Assembly (NCBI GenBank): GCA_038087875.1
Contig: CM075999.1
Coordinates: 3,040,001 to 3,104,000 of the forward strand
Origin: Malacoraja senta
Lineage: Eukaryota
DNA length: 64,000 nucleotides
Direction: 5' to 3'
Position 1 is the stretch's first letter, and each line of letters starts with the position of its first letter. Positions 11,420-24,513 of the stretch are shown here, piece after piece. The notes under the pieces were generated by a model. The model saw only the letters and a program-made list of their open reading frames with translations. It was not told the origin of the DNA and ran no database searches. The position numbers and the translations under genes are program-made.

Positions 11420-11800
11420 CAAGAGTCAAGAGAGTTTATTGTCATGAAATTCTTGCTTTGCTTCAGCTCAACAGAACATCGTAGGCATTGACTACAAAAC
11501 AGATCAGTGTGTCCATATACCTTTATATAAATATATACACACACATGAATAAATAAACTGATAAAGTGCAAATAACAGATAATGGGCTATTAATGTTCAG
11601 AGTTTTGTTTGAGTTGAGTTTAATAGCCTGATGGCTGTGGGGAAGTAGCTATTCCTGAACCTGGTCGTTGCAGTCTTCAGGCTCCTGTACCTTCTACCTG
11701 TAGGTAGCGGTGAGATGAGTGTGTGGCCAGGATGGTGTGGGTCCATGATGATATTGCCAGCCTTTTTGAGGCAGCGACTGGCCATCTCCAATCGCCACTG
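11420..11800 (-). mobile_element. Rex1-like LINE 3' fragment (second subfamily)
   Basis: KAGNIIMDPHHPGHTLISPLPTGRRYRSLKTATTRFRNSYFPTAIRLLN. Confidence 0.65.
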
Positions 11801-12004
11801 TGGACTTTGATGCACACAGTCTCTTGCCCAGAGTTGGGGAATCGAGGACCAGAGGACGTAGGTTTAAGGTGAAGGGGAAAAAACTTAATAGGAGTCTGAG
11901 GGGTAACATTTTCACACAAAGGGTGGTGGGTGTATGGAACGAGCTGCCAGAGGAGGTAGTTGAGGCTGGGACTATGTCAAACTTAAAAGACATTTGGACA
12001 GGTA

Positions 12005-12414
12005 CAGTGCCCTCCATAATGTTTGGGACAAAGACCCATCATTTATTTATTTGCCTCCACAATTTGAGATTGGTAATAAATAAAAAAAACACATGTGGTT
12101 AAAGTGCATATTGTCAGATTTTATTAAAGGGTATTTTTATACATTTTGGTTTCACGATGTAGAAATTACAGCTGTGTTTATACATACTTCATGGGCGCCA
12201 TCATGTTTGGGACACATGGCTTCACAGGTGTTTGTAATTGCTCAGGTGAGTTTAATTGCCTCTTTAATGCAGGTATAAGAGAGCTCTCAGCACTTAGTCT
12301 TTCCTCCAGTCTTTCCATCACCTTTGGAAACTTTTATTGCTGTTTATCAACATGAGGACCAAAGTTGTGCCAATGAAAGTCAAAGAAGCCATTATGAGAC
12401 TGAGAAACAAGAAT
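12005..12414 (+). mobile_element. Truncated Tc1-like element (left end + transposase start), second family
   Basis: TA|CAGTGCCCTCC terminus, internal direct repeat ATGTTTGGGACA, ATG at 12352 (MRTKVVPMKVKEAIMRLRNKN). Inserted in a CR1 tail. Confidence 0.6.
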
Positions 12415-12759
12415 AGGCAGGTGGGACTAGTGTAGATGGGACATGTTGGTCGGCGTGGGCAGGTTGGGCCGAAGGGCTTGTTTCCACGCCGTATGACTAC
12501 AAGGGGTGGACAGAAAGTGCTGGAGTAACTCAGCGGGTCAGGCAGCATCTCTGGAGATCGTGAATAGATCAGTCTGAAGGGTTTCGACCCAAAAGTCACC
12601 CATTCTTTCTCTCCAGAGATGCTGCCTGTCCCGCTGAGTTACTCCAGCATTTTGTGACAATCTATGGACAGACAGGGATGGTTTGGAGTGATGTGTCCTT
12701 CTTTGATTTAAACCTACATCTGCACAGTTTCTTGCTACGCATTAACTCCTGCTCTCTCT

Positions 12760-13123
12760 CTGATGCGGCCTGTGACATCCTGAAGCTGCGGTCTCCGGTA
12801 GGAAAGTGCCGATTCGAGCTCTCCAAGCCGCGGAGTGTGTTCGACCGTCCCAACCTCGGAGTTTGGATCGCCCGACGAGAGGGCCTGTACATCGGGCCGT
12901 CCGTAGCGGCGACTGCGGAGGATTCATGGCCACGACCACGGGTGAACAAAGGAGGAGGACTGGCTGAACTTTGTTGCCTTCCACCACAGTGAAGAATGGA
13001 TGTTTGTGTTAAATTCTATTGTGCATTGTGTGTTCTTTTTTTAAGTGTATCGCTGCTGGCAAATTCATTTCACTGCACCTTCGGGTGCATGTGACGAATA
13101 GATTTCACTTTGACTTTGACTTT
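12760..13123 (+). mobile_element. Non-autonomous retroposon with LINE-type 3' tail (TTTGAC)n
   Basis: Shares a GCCTTCCA(C/T)CACAGTGA core with copies at ~33670-34030 (-) and ~40630-40900 (-). Confidence 0.5.
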
Positions 13124-13127
13124 GCAG

Positions 13128-13298
13128 GTGAGGTGTTCGTATTGGACGACGGAGGGGAGGTGGACCTGGACCTGGGAAACTACGAGCGTTTCCTCGACAT
13201 CCGCCTGACCCGGGACAACAACATCACCACGGGGAAGATCTACCAGTGGGTCATCAACAAGGAGCGCAAAGGAGACTACCTGGGCAAGACGGTGCAAG
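13128..13298 (+). CDS. CTPS1: CTP synthase 1, exon 3
   Basis: (G)[60 protein letters not shown] flanks, 171 nt. Confidence 0.97.
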
Positions 13299-13689
13299 GT
13301 ACGGGCCACTGGGGGACCTCGCATCACTTACAGCTGAACTGATGCCTGGATCTGTGTGTTGTGGAGTCATGGAGTGACTCAGCGCAGGAACAGGCCCTTC
13401 GGCCCAACTTGCACACCCATTCGCCCTGATCAGATATTAGGGGCGGCACGGCGGTCGAGTCGCTCTCTGCATAAGGTCACAAGGGATAGGAGCAGAGTTA
13501 GGCCATTCGGCCCATCAAGTCAACACCGCCATTCTATCATGGCTGATCTATCTCTCCCTCACAACCCCATTCTCCTGCCTTCTCCCCATAACCCCTGACA
13601 CCCGCACTAATTAAGAATCTATCTATCTGCCTTAAAAATATCCACTGACTTGGCCTCCACAGCCCTCTGCCTTAGTCATGGAGTTATAG

Positions 13690-13889
13690 NNNNNNNNNNN
13701 NNNNNNNNNNNNNNNNNNNNNNNNNNNNNNNNNNNNNNNNNNNNNNNNNNNNNNNNNNNNNNNNNNNNNNNNNNNNNNNNNNNNNNNNNNNNNNNNNNNN
13801 NNNNNNNNNNNNNNNNNNNNNNNNNNNNNNNNNNNNNNNNNNNNNNNNNNNNNNNNNNNNNNNNNNNNNNNNNNNNNNNNNNNNNNNNN
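13690..13889. other. Assembly gap (200 N)
   Basis: Run of N. Confidence 1.
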
Positions 13890-14550
13890 TGATGCCAAGG
13901 CCAATGTTACTTGCCTGTACATAATCCATATCTCCCCATTTCCCACACATCCATGTGCCTATCCACAAGTCCCTCAAATGCCACGACCGTATCTGCCTCT
14001 AGCACAAGCCCAGGCCTTGTGTTACAGGGACCCACCACCCTCTGTATTAAAAAACAACTTGTCCTGCACATTCTTAAAGTTCGCAAGAGTTCACAAGAGT
14101 TCTCACGTGCTCAGCAAGTGAATTAAAGGGAGCCAACATGGATTAAGTTAGTGTGGGTTTAATGAAAACACACAAGACGTTTTGGTAACCCGATTATAGG
14201 AAAGAAGTCATTAAGATAGATAGGGCCCTTAAAGATAACAGAGTCAGGGGATATGGGGAGAAGGCAGGAACGGGGTACTGATTGGGGATGAACAGCCATG
14301 ATCACATTGAATGGCGGTGCTGGCTCGAAGGGCCGAATGGCCTACTCCTGCACCTATTGTCTATATTGAACCTGAGGGACAAGTTTTCCCACACAATGGG
14401 TGGCGGGTATATGGAACGGCCTGGCAGAGGAGGTGGTTGAGGCAGATGACATTTAAAAGAACGGGGCAAACACAGGCAGGTGGGACTGGTGTAGATGGGG
14501 CATTTTGGTCAGCATGGGCAGTCGGGCCGAAGGGCCTGGTTCCATGCTTT

Positions 14551-14831
14551 TTAGTTTGGATTTGAGTTGCAGCGCGGAAACAGGCCCCATGGAGTCTTGC
14601 GCTGACCAACGATCACCGCACTCGCACAGTCCCATGCAATAGGGACAATTTTACCGAAACTAATTAACCTACAAACCTGTGAGTCTTTGGAGTGCGGGAG
14701 GAAACCGGAGCACCCGGAGAAAACCCACGCAGGTCACGGGGAGAACGTACAAACTCCACACAGACAGCGGCCTTGGTCAGGATCGAACCCGGGTTTCTGG
14801 CGCTGTGAGGCAGCAACTCTACCGCTGCGCT
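14551..14831 (-). mobile_element. V-SINE (HE1-like)
   Basis: Consensus match. Confidence 0.75.
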
Positions 14832-15593
14832 GTCCCAAGATTTGTCGTGTAACTTTGAGTGTTAAGTCTATCATTAGTTGTTTTTTTTAAACAGCCCAAT
14901 CTGCTGTTGGCCGGAACGGTTTAATGTGCTTGGGAATTTTACACTTTTCAGTGAGGTTTATAACATGTCTTTTCCTTCCCGCACACTGTCCCTGACTGAC
15001 TGAGAATGGGCAATCTATTTCCAGGTTCCTGGCAGTGCCTCTCTGATACAGGTATGGCCTATAGCCGGGAGGTTTCTCTAACGTACGGAAGCTTTATAAA
15101 TCCTGTCTTCCCACTAATGTGTTGCAAAGCATCTCGCGGACCTGCAGAGCAAATTAGACGTAAAACTCCTAACTTCAAAGTTGATAGGAGCAGAATTAGG
15201 CCCAACAAGTCCACTCCGCCATTCAATCATGGCCGATCTATCTTTCCCCTCTCGACCCCATTCTCCTGCCTTCTCCCCGTAACCCCCGACACCCGTACTA
15301 ACCAAGGACACACAAAAGCAACAAAACAGTCTGCTGGATCATCGCGGGAGGTCGGGTTCTTCCGCTGAGTTCATCCAGCAGATCGCACGTTGCTCCAGAC
15401 TCCAGCATCTGGATGTTTCCACCAGTTGGAGAGTCTAGGACTAGAGGTCACAGCCTCAGAATTAAAGGTCGTTCTTTCAGGAAGGAGATGAGGAGGAATT
15501 TTTTTAGTCAGAGGGTGGTGAATCTGTGAAATTCTTTGCCACAGAAGGCTGTGGAGGCCAAGTCAATGGATATTTTTAAGGCAGAAATAGATA

Positions 15594-17200
15594 CAGTGGC
15601 TTGCAAAAGTATTCATACCCCTTGAACTTTTCCACATTTTGTAACGTTACAACCACAAACGTAAATGTATTTTATTGGGATTTTATGTGATAGACCAACA
15701 CAAAGTGGCGCATAATTGTGAAGTGGAAGGAAAATGATACATGGTTTTCAAATTTTTTTACAAATAAAAAACTGAAAAGTGTCACCTGCAAAAGTATTCA
15801 GCCCCCTTTACTCTGATACCCCTAAATAAAATCCAGTGCAACCAATTGCCTTCAGAAGTCACCTAATTAGTAAATAGAGTCCACTTGTGTGTAATCTAAT
15901 CTCAGTATAAATACAGCTGTTCTGTGAAGGCCTCAGAGATTTGTTAGAGAACATTAATGAACAAACAGCATCATGAAGCCCAAGGAACACACCAGACAGG
16001 TCAGGGATAAAGTTGTGGAGAAGTTTAAAGCAGGGTTAGGTTATAAACAAATATCCCAAGCTTTGAACATCTCACGGAGCACTGTTCAATCCATCATCCA
16101 AAAATGGAAAGAGTATGGCACAACTGCAAACCTACCAAGACATGGCCGTCCACCTAAAGTGACAGGCTGGGCAAGGAGAGCATTGATCAGAGAAGCAGCC
16201 AAGAGGCCCATGGTAACTCTGGAGATCCACAGCTCAGGTGGGAGAATCTGTCGACAGGACAACTATTAGTCGTGTACTCCACAAATCGGGCCTTTATGGA
16301 AGAGTGGCAAGAAGAAAGCCATTGTTGAAAAAAAGCCATAAGAAGTCCCGTTTGCAGTTTGCTACAAGCCATGTGGGAGACACAGCAAACATGTGGAGGA
16401 AGGTGCTCTGGTCAGATGAGACCAAAATTGAAGTTTTTGGCCTAAATGCAAAACGCTATGTGTGGCGGAAACCTAACATTGCACATCACCCTGAACACAC
16501 CATCCCCACTGTGAAACATGGTGGAGGCAGCATCATGCTGTGGGGATGCTTTTCTTCAGTAGGGACAGGGAAGCTGGTCAGAGTTGATGGGAAGATGGAT
16601 GGAGCCAAATATAGGGCAATCTTGGAAGAAAACCTGTTAGAGTCTGCAAAAGACTTGAGACTGGGACGGAGGTTCACCTTCCAGCAGGACAACGACCCTA
16701 AACACACAGCCAGAGCTACAATGGAATGGTTTAGATCAAAGCATATTCATGTGTTAGAATGGCCCAGTCAAAGTCCAGACCTAAATCCAATTGAGAATCT
16801 CTGGCAAGACTTGAAAATTGCTGTTCACAGACGCTCTCCATCCAATCTGACTGAGCTTGAGCTATTTTGCAAAGAAGAATGGGCAAAGATTTCAGTCTCT
16901 AGATGTGCAAAGCTGGTAGAGACATACCCCAAAAGACTTGCAGCTGTAATTGCAGCAAAAGGTGGTTCTAGAATGTATTGACTCAGGGGGGGCTGAATAC
17001 TTTTGCACGTGACACTTTTCAGTTTTTTATTTGTAAAAAAAATTGTAAACCATGTATCATTTTCCTTCCACTTCACAATTATGCACCACTTTGTATTGGT
17101 CTATCACATAAAATCCCAATAAAATACATTTACGTTTGTGGTTGTAACGTTACAAAATGTGGAAAAGTTCAAGGGGTATGAATACTTTTGCAAGCCACTG
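15594..17200 (+). mobile_element. Full-length Tc1/mariner (DD34E, Passport-like) transposon, copy 1
   Basis: TA TSDs at 15592-93 and 17201-02. ~210-bp IR/DR TIRs starting CAGTGGCTTGCAAAAGTATTCA. Confidence 0.95.
15973..16981 (+). pseudogene. Tc1 transposase, frameshifted by an 11-bp deletion at ~16222
   Basis: MKPKEHTRQVRDKVVEKF...GRPPK...WSDE...QDNDPKH-34aa-E. Lacks GAGGAGCTGCA, which copy 2 has. Confidence 0.9.
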
Positions 17201-18684
17201 TAGATTCTTGATTAGTGCGGGTGTCAGGGGTTATGGGGAGAAGGCAGGAGAATGGGGTTAGGAGGGTGAGATAGATCAGCCATGATTGAATGTCGGAGTA
17301 GACTTGATGGGGCCGAATGGCCTAATTCTGCTCCTATCCCTTATGATCGGCAGTCTCTACTATCTCCTCAAACCCACAAAGAACATTTTGTTGCAATTAA
17401 TTTGCTCCCCAGTATTTGTTACTGACGTTTTGTTTTGCCAAAGTTTCCCCCTCCTCTTAACCCTCCCATCATTGATTATAAGGCTGGTGTTCACAAGTTG
17501 TAGCAGCAGAATTAGGCCATTCGGCCCATCGCTTCTACTCCACCATTCAATCATGGCTGATCTATCTCTCCCTCCTAACCACATTCTCCTGCCTTCTCCC
17601 CATAACCGCTGACACATGTATTACTCGGGGGTCTGGCCTCCACAGCCATCTGTGGCACAAAAAATCCACAGATTCAATAGACAATAGGTGCAGGAGTAGG
17701 CCATTCGGCCCTTCGAGCCAGCACCGCCATTCAATGTGATCATGGCTGATCATCCCCAAAAAGTACCCCGTTCCTGCCTTCTCCCCATATCCCCTGACTC
17801 CGCTATCTTTAAGAGCCCTATCTAGCTCTCTCTTGAAAGCATCCAGAGAACCTGCCTCCACTGCCCTCTGAGGCAGAGAATTCCACAGACTCACCACTCT
17901 CTGTGAGAAAAAGTGTTTCCTCGTCTCCGTTCTAAATGGCTTACTCCTTATTCTTAAACTGTGGTCCCTGATCGTCCACAATCAGTACCCTGCTCACCGC
18001 CCTCTGACTAAAGAAATTCCTCCTCATCTCCTTTGTTAAGGCACGTCCTTTTATTCTGAGGCTGTGCCCTCTGGTCCTAGACACTCGATCTTGTGGAACC
18101 ATCCTCTCCGCATCCACTCTATGCAGGCCCTCTGTCCATGGTGGATGTGCCCGGCATGTGGGACCTGGGCGCCCCCCACCCTGCTCCTTGCCCTTTTAAA
18201 TAGCCGTCTCCTCAATCTGAACTACGAAGCCCGTCAAGCTTGGTTGCGCTACCTATTTGTGGGAACGTTGGTGACACAAGTTGGGGAGTCTGCCGCCTTG
18301 AAAGATGCTGTGGAAACGAAAATGTTATTGGGGGGGGGGGGGGGGCGTTGATGGGAACAGGAGCAGAACTACTTGCAGTTTTACCCCTCCTCTCAAGGTG
18401 ACCAAGGCCTCACGAATAACTCGCCCAATGAAACACAAGTGACTCAAAACGGGGTTGCTTCTAATGTTCTCTGGAGTGTGACCTCTGAATCTTGGGGAGC
18501 ACCAGGGCCTTGCTGCAGGGGATGTAAAACTTGTTACGCTCCTGTGATGTTTCAGTACTAACCGTCCAAGTAATCGTTGCCCCTGTTCCTGCGCCCAGCC
18601 CCGCCAGCTGGTCTGTGAATCTTTCTAAGTCGCTCTTGTGTAGAAGATCCAAATCCCGATCCTCGTCTCTCCTTTATATTTCAG

Positions 18685-18768
18685 CCAAGTACCACCGGAG
18701 AGCAGAAGACAAAACCCACGCAGAACAGCGTTCGAGAACTTCGTGGCCTCGGCTTGTCGCCAGACTTG
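18685..18768 (+). CDS. CTPS1: CTP synthase 1, exon 6
   Basis: [28 protein letters not shown]. tttcag|...|gtaagc, 84 nt. Confidence 0.96.
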
Positions 18769-19431
18769 GTAAGCTTGGAGCGATCCCAAAGCTCGAGTGA
18801 TAGAACGTTGGAGTCATACACAGCTTGGAAACGGGACCTCCAGCCTAACTTGCCCAGGCCGACCAACATGTCCCATCGACGCCACCCGCACCTGCCCGCG
18901 TTTGTTCATCAATTCATGTGGTAGGAGCAGAATTGGGCCGTTAGACTCATACAGCGTGGAAACAGGCCCAACTTGCCCACACCAACCAACATGCCCCATC
19001 TACACTAGTCCTACCTGCCTCCCGTTTGGCCCATATCCCTCCATACCTGTCTAATTGCTTCTTAAATGTTGCAATAGTCCCTGCATCAACGACCTCCTCT
19101 GGCAGCTCGTTCCATACACCCACCACCCTTTGCATGATCAAGTTACCCCTCAGATTCCTATAAAATCTTTCCCCCTTCACCTTAAATCTAAGCCCTCTGG
19201 TTCTCTGATTACCCCACTTTGGGCAAGAGACACTGTGCGTCCTCTCATGACTTTATACACCTCAATAAGATCGCCCCTAGTCAGGATCGAACCCGGGTCT
19301 CTGGCGCTGTAAGGCAGCAGCACTACCAGCTGTGGAATGGCGCTACTCCAAGCTGTGTTTACAGGCCTGTTAAGCTGCTGCAAGTAAGAATTCTGTTGTC
19401 CTGTTCCACTTTCCCTCCCTGCGTCTGGTCA

Positions 19432-19728
19432 TTTAGGTTAGTTTTAGAGATACAACGCAGAAACCGAATCCGCGCCGACCAGCGATCACCCCTCACACTA
19501 ACACTATCCTACACAGGCTGGGGACCATTTATACATTTACACCAAGCCAATTAACTTAAAGAAAACCTGCACGTTTTTGGAGTGGGAGGAAACCGGAGCA
19601 CCCGGAGAAAGCCCACACAGGTCACGGGGAGAAGGGACAAACTCCGTACAGACAGCACCCGTAGTCAGGATCGAACCCGGTTCTCTGGTGCTGTAAGGTA
19701 GCAACTCTACCACTGCGCCACCGTGCCA
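19432..19728 (-). mobile_element. V-SINE (HE1-like)
   Basis: Consensus match with tail. Confidence 0.8.
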
Positions 19729-19866
19729 TAAGTTCATAAGTGATAGGAACAGAATTAGGCCATTCGGCCCATCAAGGCCATTCCATCACGGCTGATTTAT
19801 CTCTCCCTCCTAACCCCATCCTCCTGCCTTCTCCCCGTAGCCCCCCGCGCTGGGGATTCGGTGAGT

Positions 19867-20347
19867 CAATAGACAACAGGTGCAGGAGTAGGCCATTCGG
19901 CCCTTCGAGCCAGCACCGCCATTCAATGTGATCATGGCTGATCATCCCCAATCAGTACCCCGTTCCTGCCGTCTCCCCATATCCCCTGACTCCGCTATTT
20001 TTAAGAGCCCTATCTAGCTCTCTCTTGAAAGCATCCAGAGAACCAGCCTCCACCGCCCTCTGAGCAGAGAATTCCACAGACTCACAACTCTCTGTGTGAA
20101 AAAGTGTTTCCTCATCTCCGTTGTAAATGGCTGACCCCTTATTCTTAAACTGTATGGCTGTCTCTAGCGTGTCCAAACCCTTAACAATCTTATATGTTTC
20201 AATGAGATCCCCTCTCATCCTTCTAAACTCCAGAGTGTACAAGCCCAGCCGCTCCATTCTATCAACATATGACAGTCCCGCCATCCCGGGAATTAACCTT
20301 GTAAACCTACGCTGCACTCCCTCAATAGCAAGAATGTCCTTCCTCAG
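19867..20347 (-). mobile_element. CR1 LINE 3' fragment
   Basis: QRRFTRLIPGMAGLSY...RGDLIETYKI. Confidence 0.85.
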
Positions 20348-20382
20348 ATTATGTTGAGTGATGTTTCGAACCGCCTCTGCAG

Positions 20383-20463
20383 ATTGTGTGCCGGTGTACC
20401 ACCCCCATGGAGAAGGCGGTCAAGGAGAAGATCTCAATGTTCTGCCACGTGGAGCCGGAGCAG
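20383..20463 (+). CDS. CTPS1: CTP synthase 1, exon 7
   Basis: [27 protein letters not shown]. ctgcag|...|gtaaac, 81 nt. Confidence 0.96.
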
Positions 20464-20990
20464 GTAAACGAGCACCTTAACCTGGGTTTAATGGCTGGGG
20501 TTGTGCCGCGCTTTGGTCGGTGTGCGGTGACCAGTGCCTCCCTCCCTGCCGGGCGGCGTGGCGTGGCGTGGCGCGGTGCGCAGGGAGTTCGTCGGTGATC
20601 GGAGCAGAATCGTTGACTAGGAGAACCATTGGACAGAAGTCTGGCACTTTGTTATGCAGCCCTTTGGTTTTATCGGCATCAAATGTTTTAGGAGCAGCAT
20701 TAGGCCATTCGGTCCATCAAGTCTACTCCGCCATCCAATCATGGCTGATCTATCGAAAGTGGACAAAAATGCTGGAGTAGCTTAGCAGGACAGGCAGCAT
20801 CTCTGGAGAGAAGGAATGGGTGACGATTCTGGTCGAGACCCTTCTTCAGACCCGACCCGATACGTCACCCATTCCTTCTCTCCACAGATGCTGCCTGACC
20901 CGCTGGGTTACTCCAGCATTTTGTGTCTATCTTCGGTTTAAACCAGAATCTGCAGTTCCATCCTACACATTATTATTTCTGGAATGGCTT

Positions 20991-21470
20991 ATAGACAATA
21001 GGTGCAGGAGGAGGCCATTCGGCCCTTTGAGCCAGCACCGCCATTCAATGTGATCATGGCTGATCATCCACAATCAGTACCCCGTTCCTGCCGTCTCCCC
21101 ATATCCCCTGACTCCGCTATTTTTAAGAGCCCTATCTAGCTCTCTTGAAAGCATCCAGAGAACCGGCCTCCACCGCCCTCTGAGCAGAGAATTCCACAGA
21201 CACACAACTCTCTGTGTGAAAAAGTGTTTCCTCATCTCTGTTCTAAACGGCTTACCCCTTATTCTTAAACTGTGGCCCCTGGTTCTGGCCTCCGCCAACA
21301 TCGGGAACATGTTTCCTGCCTCTAGCATGTCCGAACCCTCAATAATCTTATATGTTTCAATGAGATGCCCTCTCATCCTTCTAAACTCCAGAGTATACAA
21401 GCCCAGCTGCTCCATTCTCTCAGCATATGACAGTCCCGCCATCCCGGGAATTAACCTGATGAACCTACGC
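20991..21470 (-). mobile_element. CR1 LINE 3' fragment
   Basis: ORF 21074-21442 is the CR1 ORF2 end. Confidence 0.85.
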
Positions 21471-21488
21471 CTCTGTGTTTGACTGCAG

Positions 21489-21640
21489 GTGATCTGTGTG
21501 TACGACGTTTGTTCCCTTTACCGAGTTCCCCTCTTGCTGGAAGCGGAAGGCGTTGTCGGCTACTTTAAGGGAAGACTCGATCTCAATTATGAAGCTAAAC
21601 CAAGAAGGCTACTCAGCAAGTGGAGGGAAATGGCAGACAG
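21489..21640 (+). CDS. CTPS1: CTP synthase 1, exon 8
   Basis: [50 protein letters not shown](R). 152 nt, donor gtaggt. Confidence 0.96.
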
Positions 21641-23478
21641 GTAGGTAGTCCCTCTGACTGGCTCTTGTGTGGGTATCGGCCATCCTGGGTCATTGGTCCT
21701 TTGCGGAGACCCGGGTTCGATCCTGACTGCGGGTGCTGTCTGCACGGAGATTGTACCTTCCCCCCTTGTGTTTTCTCCGGGTGCTCCGGTTTCCTCCCAC
21801 ACTCCAAAGACGTACAGGTTTGTAGGTTAATTGGCTTGGTGTCATTGTAAATTGACCCTAGTGCGTGTAGGATAGTGTTAGTGTGCGGGGACCGCTGGTC
21901 AGTGCAGACTCGGTGGGCCGAAGGGCCTGTTTCTGCGCTGTATCTCTCTAAACTAAACTCTCTCACGCTGCCTCGAGTGAACAAAGTTGAGTATTTTCCA
22001 TTAAAAAAAATGTTCAGGGTTATTGATTGAATGTTTCCCATTGATTGAAAATGGTTATTTAATTAGTCAGGCTGTGTGCTGCGCTCGGAAGCTCGGTATT
22101 TTGAGTTGTGTGAACTTTCCACCATTTGAAGATAGACACAAAAAGCTGGAGTAACTCAGCAGGTCAGTCAGCATCTCTGAAGAAAGGGAATAGGTGACGT
22201 TTTGGGACCAGACCCTTCTTTAGACCAAAGATCTCCAGAGATGCTGCCTGACCCGCTGAGTTACTCCAGCCTTTTGTGTCTATCTTCGGTTTAGTTTAGT
22301 TTAGAGATACAGCACGAAAACAGGCCCTTTGGCCACCGGGTCCGTGCCGACTAGCGATCCCCACACATTAACACTATCCTACACCCACTAGGGACAATTT
22401 TTACATTTACGAAGCCAATTAACCTACAAACTTGTACGCCTTTGGAATGTGGGAGGAAACCGAAGATAGACAATAGATGCAGGAGTAGGCCATTTGGCCC
22501 TTCGAGCCAGCACCGCCATTCAATGTGATCATGGCTGATCATCCCCACTTAGTAGCCTGTTCCTGCCTTCTCCCCATATCCCCTGACTCCGCTATTTTTA
22601 AGAGCCCTATCTAGCTCTCTCTTGAAAGCATCCAGAGAACCGGCCTCCACCGCCCTCTGAGGCAGAGAATTCCACAGACTCACCACTCTCTGTGAGAAAA
22701 AGTGTTTCCTCGTCTCCGTTCTAAATGGCTTACTCCTTATTCTTAAAAATCTCGGAGAAAACCCACTCAGGTCACGGGGAGAACGTACATACTCCGTACA
22801 GACAGCACTCGTGGTCGGGGTCGAACCCGGGTCTCCAGCGCTGAATTGGCTGTAAGGCAGCAACTCTACCGCTGCACCACCGACATCTGCAGTTCCTTCC
22901 CACACATTCCACCATTTAAAGATAGGTTTACAATCCCTCTGTTAAGGTGATAAATTTGTCATTTAATTGCATCTGATTGTAAGGCAGGAACTCTACTGCA
23001 TTGCAATTCTGCCTTGTGTTCTCAGAGTGACACAGTGTGGAAACAGGCCCTTCGGCCCAACTTGCCCACACCGACCAACATGTCCCACCTACCCTCGCCC
23101 CACCTGCCCGCGTTTGGCCCATATCCCTCCAAACCTGTCCTATCCATGTATCTGTCTAACTTATTCATAAATGTCGGGATAGTCCCAGCCTCAACTACCT
23201 CCTCTGGCAGCTCGTTCCATACACCCACCACCCTTTGTGTCAAATCTTTTCCCCTTCACCTTAAACCTCTGTCCTCTGGTCCGCTATTTCCCCTACTCTG
23301 GGTAAGAGATCTATGCATCTACCCGATCTATTCCTCTCATGATTTTATACATCTCTATGAGATCACCCCTCATCCTCCTGCGTTCACCTTGTGTCAGCGA
23401 TTGATCAGTTCATCCAGCTTTGCCTTAGAATAATTGCTGTTCTTCTCTCTCCTTCTTTGTCGAAACAACCAACTCCAG

Positions 23479-23611
23479 GTATGATCGTACGTTAGAGAGT
23501 TGTTCCATTGCATTGGTTGGGAAATACACCAAGCTGTCCGACTCCTACGCCTCTGTGATCAAGGCTCTGGAACATTCCGCACTCGCCATTAACCAGAAGC
23601 TGGAGGTGAAG
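23479..23611 (+). CDS. CTPS1: CTP synthase 1, exon 9
   Basis: [44 protein letters not shown]. 133 nt, donor gtaagc. Confidence 0.96.
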
Positions 23612-23988
23612 GTAAGCCCCGGACTTTTACTTGGACACTGCATCTCTAAACCAGGGGCCACGGCTTAAGAATAAGGGGCAAGCCGTTTACAACGGAGACG
23701 AGGAAACACTTTTTCACACAGAGAGTGGTGAGTCTGTGGAATTCTCTGCCTCAGAGGGCGGTGGAGGCCAGTTCTCTGGATACTTTCAAGAGAGAGGTAG
23801 ATAGGGCTCTTAAAAATAGCGGAGTCAGGGGATATGGGGAAAAGGCAGGAACGGGGTACTGATTGGGGATGATCAGCCATGATCACATTGAATGGCAGTG
23901 CTGGCTCGAAGGGCCGAATGGCCTCCTCCTGCACCTATTGTCTATTGTCTATAAACTGAACCAATCTAAAACTAAACACATTGGACTC

Positions 23989-23989
<1 letters not shown>

Positions 23990-24023
<34 letters not shown>

Positions 24024-24107
24024 TGGATGTGTATATGTGTGTGTGTGTGTTTGTGGATGTGTATATGTGTGTGGGTGTGTGTGTGGGTGTGGGTGCGTGC
24101 GTGCGTG
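23990..24107. repeat. Imperfect (TG)n microsatellite
   Basis: Read directly from the sequence. Confidence 0.95.
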
Positions 24108-24149
24108 CCCGTCCGTCCGGTGAAATGTTTTTGGTGTTTTTCTCGGCAG

Positions 24150-24238
24150 TATATCGACTCGGCGGACCTGGAGCTGGCTAGACAGGAGGAAGATCCGGTG
24201 AAATACCACGAGGCCTGGCAGAACCTGTGCAGTGCCAA
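24150..24238 (+). CDS. CTPS1: CTP synthase 1, exon 10
   Basis: [29 protein letters not shown]. Contains the His355-equivalent filament-interface residue. 89 nt. Confidence 0.96.
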
Positions 24239-24513
24239 GTAAGTCCCCAACCATCCCTCCGCGCCAAAATCCCTGCTTGCGGCATAAATACGGCACAGAA
24301 GTGTGTATTAATATTAATGTTGGATGTTTTATGTGTCATTCTTAATTGTATGTCTTGTTGTTACTTGCGAGTGGAGCACCAAGGCAAATTCCTTGTATGT
24401 GAATATACTTGGCCAATAAAACTATTTATTCATTCATTCAAGTGTGAAAATGCACACCGCCAGATTCAGGGACAGTTTCTTCCCAGCTGTTATCAGGCAA
24501 CTGAATCATCCTG

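Noticed and set aside
18195..18250. RLLNLNYEARQ resembling exon 8 [10 protein letters not shown] (duplicated exon?)
   Set aside because: The match is short, with no flanking similarity or splice sites; probably chance.
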